A stretch of 64,000 nt of DNA from Octopus bimaculoides (Eukaryota), in assembly GCF_001194135.2 (NCBI RefSeq), contig NC_068999.1:54206905-54270904 (forward strand), written 5' to 3'. Each line of letters starts with the position of its first letter. Position 1 is the stretch's first letter. The notes under the pieces were generated by a model that saw only the letters and a program-made list of their open reading frames with translations, had not been told where the DNA came from and ran no database searches. Position numbers and translations under genes: made by a program. Of this stretch, positions 15,622 through 28,714 are shown piece by piece.

Positions 15622-17168
15622 GAGTGCTTGTTACTCATATGATGGGTGATTTTAGAAATATTTTTGCTACCATGGGTAATGCCAGAAAATATGGCATACA
15701 CATAATAATCATGATTTGATTTTTATAAAATTTCTTGGTGCTTATACAAAATAATGAAATGATTACAAATTTTCAAAACAAAAATATTTATTACCTTAAA
15801 ATAGAATTAAATATATCAAATTGCCCATTTGTATGTTAATATTTTTCTAAATTTTATTAATATAATTACAATCTTCACCACTGAAAACCTATCTCTGCAA
15901 AATTTCATTGAAAAACATGCATTCTTCAGAATGTTATAAGAATCAAAATGTCAGGGGAACCAAACTGGAGTCATGCATCTCTCTCCATGCACACACACAC
16001 ACACATGTAAAAATGATTTTGGAAAATGACAACTCATTTAAAAATGCAAACAAATGTTATTTAAATTTTTTCTTAAAAGCATTCCTTTACTAATTGCCTG
16101 TCACCAAGCCTAGTATGTGCACACATCCTGCACCATTTCTGCTAATTCTCTCTATCTGTATCTCTTTTATTCTCTACACAATATAAAGTGTAACTGGAAA
16201 AATCAACCAACCAACATTTATATTGGCCATTATTAGAGAATAAAATAATAACCTGTTGAAGCTGCCTGAGAACTGTTCTTGTCTCGTTCTTTATCACGAC
16301 CTTTGCCCTTCAATTTGCTGTAAACCTGCCGGAATTTGCCTCCCTTACGATGTTTTTGTTCTGATGTGGACATCTGGTGGTGAATTGAAGGGTAAAATTA
16401 CAAACAATGCTACAAAAATACAAACAAGGAAAGCTATTAAGAGGAGTTGATATCTTTGGAACAACCATGATGTGTTACTAGAGTCTTCTTTGAAAACAAT
16501 AAAGACAAAAAAAAAAAAAACAGACAATTATCTAAGTGAAATGTTTCGATTCAAGATCTGTTTTTAATGATTATGCCACAGATTGGTTGTGTGGTAGGAA
16601 GTTTCAACCACATGGTTTCAGGTTCAGTCCCACTGCATGGTCTCTTAGGCAAGTGTCTTCTACTATAGCATGACACCAGGCAAAGCTCAGTGAGTAGATT
16701 TGGGAGAGATTGAAAGAGGCCCTGTCGCACGTGCGTGTGCATGTGTGTGTCCTTGCATTGACATCATGTGACAGTTGTAAACGAGTGTCACCGTCATGCA
16801 AGTGGTTTCCTTCATTTCCAATCTTCCATGCAAATATGTCTGGCCACTTGGAAACAGTTGAAAGTTGGCAACAGGAAGGGTGTCCAGCTGTAGAAAATCT
16901 GCCTCAACAAATTCCATCTGACCCATGTGAGCTTGGACATGATGATGATGATGATGATGATGATGACAACAATGGAATACTTCTTAACAAGTATGTCGGC
17001 TGTTGCAAGTCAGAAACAACTTACCTCTTCTTGACTCGTTTGTAAATTCACAAGTCTACTGACATCAACTATTTTCCTCATTTCAGCTCCTAATTTTGTT
17101 AGTAACCCACTTAATTGAGCATCACGATTGCAATATGTCTGTGAATATAGAGAATTTGGGATGAAAAA

Positions 17169-17212
<44 letters not shown>

Positions 17213-20200
17213 ATACATGTATGTGTGTGTGTATATATATATATCAATATGTGTGTGTGTGTGTGTGTGTGTGTGTATACTTTTACAAGAAGAGGTATGA
17301 TGACAGTAAATTTGAAGTTCTAACCTGCTAGCCTTCATCAGACTTCAAAGTTAGCAGGCTGAAATTTCAAAGTCACTGTAACCCTTCTTGTAAAAGTATA
17401 ATAAATATATACTCTACCAAAAGTATTGAATAATTCTTCAGCTTAATGTTAAATTGTTTTTATATATAACTTGACATAAAAACAAACATTAGAATATATA
17501 TATATATATATATGTATATGGCACATAAAATACACCATTTTGAGCATGGCCGTTGCCAGTACCGCCTGACTGGCCTTCGTGCCGGTGGCACGTAAAAGCA
17601 CCCACTACACTCTCGGTGTGGTTGGCATTAGGAAGGGCATCCAGCTGTAGAAACTCTGCCAAATCAGATTGGAGCCTGGTGTAGCCATCTGGTTTCACCA
17701 GTCCTCAGTCAAATCGTCTAACCCATGCTAGCATGGAAAGCGGACATTAAACGACAACGATGATGATGATGATGATATATATATGTGTTTTCATCAACAC
17801 ATTCTACTCCATACAAATAATTACTGCACTCCACAATCTCCACAACAAAACACTACACTCAACTCCACTCCACACAATAAACTTACTGCAATACATATAG
17901 GTAACAACTCCACTCCACAAAACTATCCGCTGCACTCCAAACCACTAATCACTGCACTCAACTCCACACCATTAAACTCTCATTCCATACTCTACTTCAC
18001 ATAATTACTGTATACCACACAACTAACCATTGCATTCCACACTCCACTTCACACAGCTAATATCAGCACTTCACAGTCCACTCTATACAGCCAGTCACTT
18101 GACATAACTAATCATTCTACACAACTACTACACTCCACACACTATTTCACACAAGCAACCACTGCAAAACGGAAGAATATAATGAAGCTTTGCTCCAGAA
18201 GAGACTGAAAAGTTGTACATGTGAGTTACCTCACCTGTAAGTTGCTCCATGTCCAAGCATCTACCATCAACATACTATATTTAAGCCAAGGTGATCACAG
18301 ACAGCTACATAGCCATTACAATAATAATGTAATCAAGAACCTAAATCAAATATGCAAAACACAGAATTTCACTCCTCTAATCAGAGATACTTACAGAAGG
18401 GGACTTTTCTCGTAGAAAAGTGTATGTTTCATTGTAAAGAATTTTCATGCTATTGATAAAATCGGAGAGTAAAGGTCGCAGTGAGGGCTGAAAGGAAAAC
18501 ATAAAGAGAAACTTTTTTAAAAATCCATTTCTTTGAAGTGAGTCTACTTTTAAATATCCAGCCAAAATATTCTCCCTGTTTTATGTTCAAACCAACCAGA
18601 TCTAGCCTCTCACATCTACCCTACAATGTCATTCTAAAAATAAACAATCACATCATCAAAATTTTGATGCTATGAGATAAATGCTTGATTAATTCAAAGC
18701 AGTATGAATAAATAAGCCTTACATTTGAAAGAGTAATCTGAATGCTAAAGAGTTCAAGAAAGGCAGTCAACACACCAAGTAGAAGACGGATTCATTTATT
18801 TCACAAATGACTCTTACAGGGCTAGTATTGTTACATTACTGAGGAATTCCTCAGAGTGTGGAATAGCTGAGGATGTTTAGAGTTGAAGTGGCTTTGGACA
18901 AAATCAGATGGTTTATGTTTGCATGAGTGGTCAACTTGTTGGTAAAAGGATTAATGTTTTAGCATTCAAATTTTTTTTTGTCAAATGTATTGCTTATTTA
19001 TTCACATTATTTTCAACCCTTTAGAAAGTGAATGTTAAAATGACAACAACAATGATGATGTGATGGAGCAAGATTATCAGAGAATATTGGAGAAGAACAA
19101 AAAGGATTGCATAAATAAGTAAACAAAGGCATGAACAAATAAATAAATCTAAAAGAATGAATGAAAGAATGGATAAAAAGTGAGAGAGTAAACAAAGTGA
19201 ATACAAACATAAAAGATAATATACAAAAAAAACTGAATAATTAAATGAATAATGAAAAAATTAAGTTAAAAGCTGAAAAAAAAAAATGAATATATCAGGT
19301 GGGCAAATAAAAGTATGAATAGGTGAAAATTAAATAAATAAAATAGGAAGGAGTATGGATATGTGAATAGGTAGATAAATTGTATTGTAAAGAATAATAC
19401 TAAAAGGTATATAGAAATAAAAATGAAAAGGCATTTTTGGGGTCAGTTGTGGAGAATGGAGGTTGTATGGCGAGGAGACCTAACAAAGAACTGAAGTCAA
19501 GATACAATTTGAAATGATTGGGTGTGCTGAGTAGTTAGTTGGGTAGTGCTAAAAGTAGTTGACATGTTTTGGAGACCTGTTCTTAATCGAAATCTGGAAT
19601 TGTGAACCTTGTGAATGGATTTGAGAGACGGAAACTGAAAGAAGCCCATCATATATGCATAATATACTTTTTATTTATTTGTTACTTAACAGGGTTATCA
19701 TTGGTTTCATGCCAAGAATTCTCAGTCATTATCAAGCTTCCCACATGGCACCATAGTACTCATCTCCATCTTGGTATTCTCAGACAAAACAGAGACAAGT
19801 ACCAACATCCCAAGTGGCAGGCTTGATAATTGCTGAGAAATGTCAGCATGAAACCAATGGTAGCCCTGTTAACCAAACAAATAACAAATATCTATCCAAC
19901 AAAGCAGTGTTGAGCACTCATTCTCACTGTTCAATGTTAACATGTATATAAAGCAGACACTGGAGCTCAACACAGCTTTCTAGCTCGTCATTTCCTGTTG
20001 GAACCATCCAATCCATGCCAGCATGGAAAAAGTGGTGTGAAATGATGATGATATACATATGTGTTGTTATCACCTTGCTTTGACTTTGCTTGATAGTTGT
20101 AAACAAGTGCCACTGTCATGTAAGCAGTGTCTGTCATTTCCAATCTTTCATGAAAACATGTCTGGTTATAGTGAGGGTTGATGACAAGAAGGGCATCTAG

Positions 20201-23200
20201 GCATAAAAAAATCTGCCGCAGTAAATTCTGTCTGATCCTTGCAAGTATGGAAAAGTGGACATTAAAACGATGATGATGATGATGAATTTGTGACATTAGT
20301 TTTGGTCTGGTGTTGAAGGCTGAACAGAAAATGAGAGTTAGTGACAAAATGGTTTAGCAAGGATTTGCCTATACAAAGATAGTTGAGCAACTGGGCAGAT
20401 AAAGTCCCTCAATTGAGGCTGTAAAATGAAGAATAGATAACAAATTTTTTTTTAAATTAAAGATAAATAATTAAATACAAATTTTTGAAAATGATTTTTA
20501 TTACTTATTTTATTGTTAAGGTGAAGAGCTAGCAGAACCATTAGCAATTCCAGACAAAATGCTTAGTGGCATTTTGTCTGTCTTGAATGCCACCAAGGTT
20601 GACTTTGCCTTTCATCCTTTCAGGGTCAAGCACTGGGGTCAATGATATTGACTTACTCTTCACCCTAAAATTGCTGGTGCTATACCAGAATTTGAAACTA
20701 TTATTATTTATTTAATTGTTATTTATTAAATAGTGATGACATTATAGTGGAGGTGTAGAGTTATTGATGACAGCAGGATGGAGATGTAGTTTTAGTGGTG
20801 ACAGAGTTATGGGGGTGTAGACTTAATGATGACATAGATGTAGACTTAATGATGACGTAGATGTAGACTTAGTGATGACAAGATGAAAGTGAATTTGGCA
20901 GGTGGAAATTCCATCATATGTATATGTGTGTGAAAGTGTTTATGCCTCCATAGATAGAAGGGAAAAAGATAAAGGTTTAGAGATGACATAATAGTGGAGG
21001 TGGGGATGAGGTGGAGGTTAGTGACAACAAAATGGTGGAGGTGTAAGCCAAGTAATAACAACAAGAATGACAAGAAAATGGATTTACTCACTTCGGTCAG
21101 TGAAGAATTTGATTCAGCAAGTTTCCCTGAAAGACACAAAGCATCCAGGCGTTCTGATGCTTCAGAGGAATGGGAATATAGATCTTGTTCAAGAGCACTG
21201 TGTTGATTAGCAGCCGATTTCACACTGTAATGGAAGAGAACAAGTAATGAGAAGAAGGACAAGTGGTAGTCTACATTGGCAGCCAACTTCACACTGTGGA
21301 GAGAGAGACAAGTAATGAGAAGAAGGACAAGTGGTAGTCTACATTGGCAGCCAACTTCACACTGTGGAGAGAGAGACAAGTAATGCTCCTTTATCTGCTC
21401 AGTAAGACTGATAGTCTCAACAAGCAGCATACTCCAACTATTTATGGCATCCACAAAAACACCTCCGTCTGTTCAATATAAACAGCCTTGTCTCTACTTT
21501 ATACAACATTATGAGCTACAGGCTGTCTAACATAAATGAAAGCTTGTCTTTACTGTTGCATACTTCCTGTGGTCTCCAGAGCCACAGATGAGAAGTACTG
21601 GAAGTAGCAGAAAATTATCTTAGCCATGGAGACAATGACACACCAGCAATGTTATGTGAACTGCTGCCCTCAAATAACCTACAACTTTAACATATATATG
21701 ACTCTCTTTATCACCTTCTTGGGGCTGTGTTTAATGAAACACATGCTTTCCCATCCGTCCCCCACAAAAGCATACAATATCAATATCAAATACTCACCAA
21801 TCTATAAATTCAGATGACACTTCTATAAAGCTATGTAGAGCAGCTTCATCTTCCAACACTAGAGCTGGTCCAGGACTGGAAGCTTGGGGAACTTTCTGTT
21901 TGTTTGACCAGGTTTTCAAAACATTTTCAAAAGTCTGTTGAGGAAATAGTACATGAGTTTGAAAAACATTATAAATATTGTAGCGAAGCCAGTGGATGAT
22001 TTAGTTGACAGAGGAAATGACAGCAACATAAAGTATAAGTGGTGAAGATGTTGTTTCTCTTGTCAACAAACTGCCCAATAGCTTTGCACCTTTAAAAGCA
22101 TGTGGAACATTGTATTTTAGGCATACAAGTTGGCATAGTTTAAACATTTGAAAACAAGTAAGGGCTAATGACAGGTTATCCAGCTGTAAAAAAATGCTTC
22201 AATAATATATTCATTTAACTCAAGCTAGCATGACAAAACAGATGTAAAAACAAATGGACGAAAACAATACCCAAGTTACAAAAACAATGCGAATAATGAT
22301 TTTTTTTTCTCCACCCATTAATTAATTGACTGTGTGATTAAGAAGTTTGCTTCCCATGCACATAATTTTAGATTCAGTCCACTGCATGGTACTTTGGACA
22401 AAAAGCTTCTATTATAGATCTGGGCCAGCCACAGGTTTGTAAGTAGATTTGATACCGAAAGAAGTTTGCCGTGCGTGTGTGTGTGTGTGTGTGTGCATGT
22501 GTGTGTGTGTGTGTGTGTGACTTTATGTTAAGTTTCTCTCTCACCAACATTTGACAACTGGTGTTGGTTTGTTTATGTTCCTGAAACTTGGTGGTTCAGC
22601 AAAAGAGACTAATACAATAAGTACCAGGTTTAAAAAAATAAGTACTGGGGTTGATGTGTTTGATGCTTCAAGATGGTGGCTCAGCATGACCGAAACAAGT
22701 AAAAGATGAAAGATAATATTTTACCCGATCTCTTGTCAACATCTGTGCTCTGTTTTTATGTACAATACGGATATATCCGGGTGGCTGCATCCAGGCTTCA
22801 CCGTCCACCTGCACTGGTACACCTTCATCACCCATAATTGTCACCTTCACTGTCCGACACTACAAAACACAAAAATAATGAAATTAAAAAAATGAAAATG
22901 CTAAATGCAATTTAAAATGTTAAATCATAAGAATCTAACTGCATGGCATATTCAATTGAAACTCAGCAAAATAAAAACTGTGTAAACAAGATTATTTAAG
23001 AGAAAACAGAATTTGACCACAAAAATTGTAGTCCTGAAAAATTTCTTAGAATTTAACTGTGATAGGCTCAAAATTAATTCTAGATATTTTTAACTCTTTT
23101 GATACCAGCCTGCTGGATACAGCCCTTGGTTAGATTTTTCAGTTTTAAAGTGATCTAAATTAAAACTTTCCCTCAAAATTTCATATTAATTTATATTCTA

Positions 23201-24327
23201 AATACCAGCTTAATGATGACAAAATTATTTTATTAGATTCTTCATTATTTTCAAAATCAGTTGAAACAAAGGCAGTGTTTGCCAAAAGAAATATGGGAAA
23301 GAAAGGGTCAAGCAAGCTCCACACTAATTTACTTTCTTGTTACAGATGATAATTCATGTAGACATTGGACAATCATAGTGCTTTACACTTAAAATGGTCA
23401 ATAATCATTCTATTTTTTGGATTATTTATACAAAAAGAAGAAACTGGAACCTTATAATGTGTCTGTTATTGTCCTCCCCACTATCGCTTGATAACTGATG
23501 TTGGTGTGTTTATGTCCCCATAACTTAGCAGTTCGGAGAAAAGAGACTAATAGAATAAGTACTAGGCTTGCAAAGAATTAGTCTAAGGGTCGATTTCTTT
23601 GATTTAAAAACCCTTTAAGGCGGTGCTCCAGCATGGCAACTGTCAACTGACTGAAACAGAAGAATAAAAGAATATACAACAGGCTTCTAACAGTTCCTGT
23701 CTACCAAATCCACTCACAAGGCTATGGTTGGCCTAGATCAATAGTAGAAGACACTTGCCCAAGGGTGCTGTGAAGTGAGACTGAACCCAAGGCTAAGTGG
23801 TTGGTGAGCTTCTCAACCACATAGTCCATGCCTCTACATGTATTGTAAGTCTCAGAAATAGCATAATTACAATCAATCACAAAAACTTCCAGGTATAATG
23901 AACAGATCATAAACATTTCAAATTACTATAAATATGCTTTGTTGGAAGAGTTAGGGTTAGAAAGATGTTATTATAACCAAATACAGAAATGATATACATT
24001 TACAACAAGATTTTGCAAGATTACTCTGGGTCATCCACCTGTGCCATACAATGAAAGAATAAATATGTCATTCACTTATGTTGTGCAGCAACGATGTAAA
24101 TGTGTCATTTACCTATGCTAATTAATGACGAAGGAAATATGTCACTCACCTGTGCTATACGATGATGGTGTAAGTCTATCACTCGGGATACAGCCATTTG
24201 CATAGAACCAAATACTGCAACAACTTCTAGTATTTTGTCATCAAAGCTGGGAGCAGTGAAATTCTACAAACGATATATAAGTGTATGCATGTACTTTTTT
24301 GTAATGAGAACGAAGACAGTGTTGCTT

Positions 24328-24367
<40 letters not shown>

Positions 24368-24377
24368 NNNNNNNNNN

Positions 24378-24419
<42 letters not shown>

Positions 24420-27400
24420 TGAGTGAAGCATGGACATCAGATATGGAAAATGCATGAAGACTGCAAAGAAACGAGGTGAGTATGCTCTGTTGGATATGTA
24501 AGTTAGTGTGCCTGAATGATGGAGCACAATGGTGCTGAAAGAAAAATTGGGCTTAAAAGGAATCAGAGGTCGTGGCCAAGAGAGAAGACTGAGCTGGTGT
24601 GGGTATGTTATGCATGTAAAGGACAACAGTCAAACAAACAAGTGATCCAAGTGGAAAGAATATGGACAAGGGTCAGGCTGAAAGGTTCATAGGCTGACTA
24701 AGATATTCTCTGGAGTGTGATAAAATGAAGTTTATTTTCCAACAAAAAACCCCTTTGCAGTCCACACACTTCTTCCATTGGTGTTGCAGTGCTTGGATCC
24801 CATTGCTGAAGAAAGTTTCATCCTGTTGGTCCAAAAAGTAATCAACAGCAGACAGGACGTCGTCATCGCTTGTGATATTACTTCCTAGCCAAGTATTTTT
24901 TTTTTGATGTTGGGGAACAGATTACCATTCCTGCAAAAGAAATGACCTTGGCCTTCTTTGGAGGAAGTGAGGAGGAGGGGGGTGTTTCCACTGCATGGAT
25001 CGTCTCTTTGTCTTTGGCTCAAAGTGATGAACCCAACACTCCATCCTGGCTTAGGAAACATTGAAGGAAACTGCTGAATCTGCTTCAAACAATGTCGGAT
25101 TTTTCCCATGATGTCATCAGCCTGGTACACTTTTGATCAGTTGTCAGAAGACATGGCACCCACTAAGCAGAAACCATAATCATGCCAAATTCATTGCGCA
25201 GAGTATTCCCAACTCTCTCATGGGACATGCTAATAGCACTGGATATTTGATTTATAGTCAATTGCCTGTCATCCATCACCATGGGCTGAACACAATCAAA
25301 GCTTTCTTCGGTGATGGCAGTTGCAGGATGTCCAGACGTTGGGTCACTTTCAAGACTCCCTTCCTCTCCTAACTTCAGAGTTGATAAGGCTGGAGCATCA
25401 TCCCCTAATATAGCAACCGTGTCAGCATGAATACCTTTTTCTGCAGGTACTCCATAACACCACAAAATGCCAGATTTTGTCCATTTTCAAGAGAAGTCAC
25501 TGCTAGTTACTTTTGAAGTCTTCTTTGAAAAGGCAGATGTCAGCTTGTAACAAAATAATGCAATTAATAATAAGAAGTATTGAAATTAATGCATGTAAGA
25601 TTTCACAGCACTAGCATCACTCCTTCACAGTCAACCTATGAACTTTTCAGTCCACCCTTTTAGAAGACATCAGTTAATGAGGAACTTTTTAACCCTTTAA
25701 CTCTATGTGGAGCATAAGGTGCCAACAAGAGATCACCATCAGTTTCAATCTTTGGCAGTGGAATGCAGCCATCTGCAGGTGTAGTTGCCTGCCAGTCTTT
25801 TAGTTTCTGAGGATCTTCTCCATGTTGTTTTTGGTCTGTCACATTCGCACCTAGCTCAGCATGTCCATCGAAAACAGGCTTCAGCTGGGTGCAATGTTAA
25901 TTTAGTACCAACCTTGCTATGGATAGAGACTAATGGCTGAAGTAGATTGGCTAGTACTGAGTACACAGCATCATCTATAATGTGTGGCAGCCTCTTATAG
26001 AGATGGATGATGTCTTAGACATAAAGGGAATATATTGGTTCATCATCATCATCATTGTCGTTTAATGTCCACTTTCCATGCTGGCAGGAGTTGAATGGTT
26101 TGGCTGAAGGCTGGCAAGCCAGAAGGCTGCACCAGGCTCCAATCTGATCTGGCAATGTTTCTACAGCTTGATGCCCTTCCTAATGCCAACCACTCCAAGA
26201 GTGTAGTGTGTGTTTTTTATGTGCCACAACCATGAGGGCCAGTCAGGCGGTACTGTCATTGGCCATGCTTGAATGGTGCTTTTTACATGCCACCGGCATA
26301 AGACTAGTCAGCTAGCATTGGCATCGACTGTGCTTGAATGGTACTTTTTACGTTCCACCAACACAGGAGCCAGCCAGGCGGCACTGGCAATAATTACGCT
26401 CGAATGGTGCTTTTTATGTGCCACCAGCACGGGTGCTGATCAGCTATGACAACTTCACTTGCCCCAACAGGTCTTCACAAGTGCAGGTTATTGCCCAATG
26501 ATTGAAGGGTACTCTTAAATGGGCTGGTTAAGCTGCACAGGCACAGGCCATGGTTAGAGTGAATAAATTAAAACTTATGTAAAGATCAACATGAATAAGC
26601 CACAAATTGTATAAACCAAAAAAATGAATGAACAAATATTAAGGTGGCGGAATCAACCTCATGACTTTGTGAAATGGATGAGTAAACTTTAAAGCTCGGG
26701 TTTAGAGGTATTTAAAGCTCAGTAAACCTTAAGCAGAGTAAGCATTCAGCTGAGGAGAGTTGAGGCAGAGGAAGCCTTAGAACATTATACCCCAAAACAG
26801 ACATAATTTCCTAGAAAAGAGAGCCACAAACACAAAACTAAGACATGAATGACATCTTCCAAATTATACTTACATCATCTTCCTTGGTCCCTCCCCAAAA
26901 GTTGGCACCACCCATATAACTGGAAAACAGAAAAATTAATCAAAATAAAAACATGACTAAGATGCCACAATGCAGTAGAAACAACAACAATATGGTCAAG
27001 ATGACACAATATACTAGTTTGGTTATTCGTAACCAGGTTCAAATCTCACCAAGTAATTTAATATGAACTCCTGTCATTAATTAGGTTGACACTCTATGCC
27101 AACAATATACAAGGTAAGATAAAACATATTAAACATAACCATTGCATTACAAAATCCACATCCATAACCATTATATTAAGACATCTACAAAACCAAAAAT
27201 TAATCAATCAAAAGAAATTATTTTGTTATTGTATTTGGTTGGAAGGGTCTTGACATGAACTCATGTGTTGAAAAAGATTTCATTGTATCTTGGGAAGGTC
27301 AGACAGATCTGAAGCAAACCTGGAGTAGAGAGTAGAGAGGGAATGTCATGGACAAAGTTGAGAATGATAATGAAAGGACTTTGACAAACCTAGTTGATTG

Positions 27401-28672
27401 ATTGAATGGCCAAACAATTAATCAAACAATCAATTAGTTAAATGTTGAATTAATAAATAATAAAAAAGAAAGAACCAAAGTATGGGTTTATTAATGGTAT
27501 AATGACCCTCCTAAGATACAATGAAATTATCATTATTATTATCATTTCTAAGGCAGCTAGCTGGCAAAATCGTTAGCATGCTGCTGGGCAAAATGCTTAA
27601 CGACATTTCTTCTAGCTTTACATTCTGAGTTCAAATTCCACTGAGGCCAACTTTGCTTTTATCTTGCCAGGGTTGAATAAATAAGTACCAGTGGAGCACT
27701 GGGGTTGATGTAATCAACTTAACCCCACCCCTGAAGTTACTGGCCTTGTGCCGAATTTTGAAACCATTATTATAATTATTTCTAAAGACAGGAAATGGGT
27801 AGAATCATTAGAGCATCAGAAAAATGCCTTGTAGCATTTGTTACAGCTCTTTACATTCTGAGTTCAAATCTCACCAAGGTTGGCTTTACCATTCCTTCAT
27901 CTAAGTTGACACAGCTGAAACTGCAGACCTTTTCTGATTCTGATGCTGGCTTCCTGACGGAGTATGCCCAGGTGATGAGACAATTTCTAAAGATTGCATT
28001 TCACCACCTCATCCCAATTGCATCAACTCATATTTCAGGGGCAGAGTGCAGACATCAAACAACTCACTTGGCACCAGAAACTCTCCGTTCCCTGTCATGT
28101 GAAGAACTTCAGTACTGCCACCATTAATGACACACAAATGAAAAATCAGTCTGGAGAAGTTTTAGGGTTGCAACAATCCAATCTCCTTCAATCTACTTTT
28201 ACCGCAAACTTCACAACAGCTTGACACCACCTTCACAACAAACATTACAAAACAACTCTACTTCTTCCACCCCATCCCAAACCTTGATACTAACCCCCCC
28301 CCCCCCGCCATTATTACCAGCTACATCATCACCACTTCCCAACACGTAATAGTAACCAACTGTGCCATTGCCAGAGTCACTGTCACAAGATCAGTAAGAT
28401 GAGTAAACAGAGGCACTTACCTGGGGATATTCAGTATAACAATGCCCTGTAAGCTGGGCAGTGGTATACGCTGGCCATCACACTCCAGCTGGACACGTTG
28501 GTCCAGGTTTTTAAAGGTTCGTTGCAATATTTCTTTACCTCCCAGCACACTGTACCACATGAAATTTTTGGTCCTGCTCCTGGAACATAGAACATTACAC
28601 TGCATTGAGGAACTGGGTATTACAAAGGCCACAACAACAACTGCAACAATAATCACAACAACAACAACCTAC

Positions 28673-28714
<42 letters not shown>

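Noticed and set aside
17790-18170. Spaced repeats resembling an array (actccac units)
   Set aside because: Degenerate simple satellite with no constant repeat-spacer structure; CRISPR is not applicable in this eukaryotic context.
20735-20885. Repeated RTGATGA (C-box-like) motifs
   Set aside because: Degenerate minisatellite, antisense to the host gene, with no matching D boxes or terminal stem.
20846-21454. 202-aa minus-strand ORF
   Set aside because: It is exon X plus the duplicated acceptor units and read-through intron, not a separate gene.
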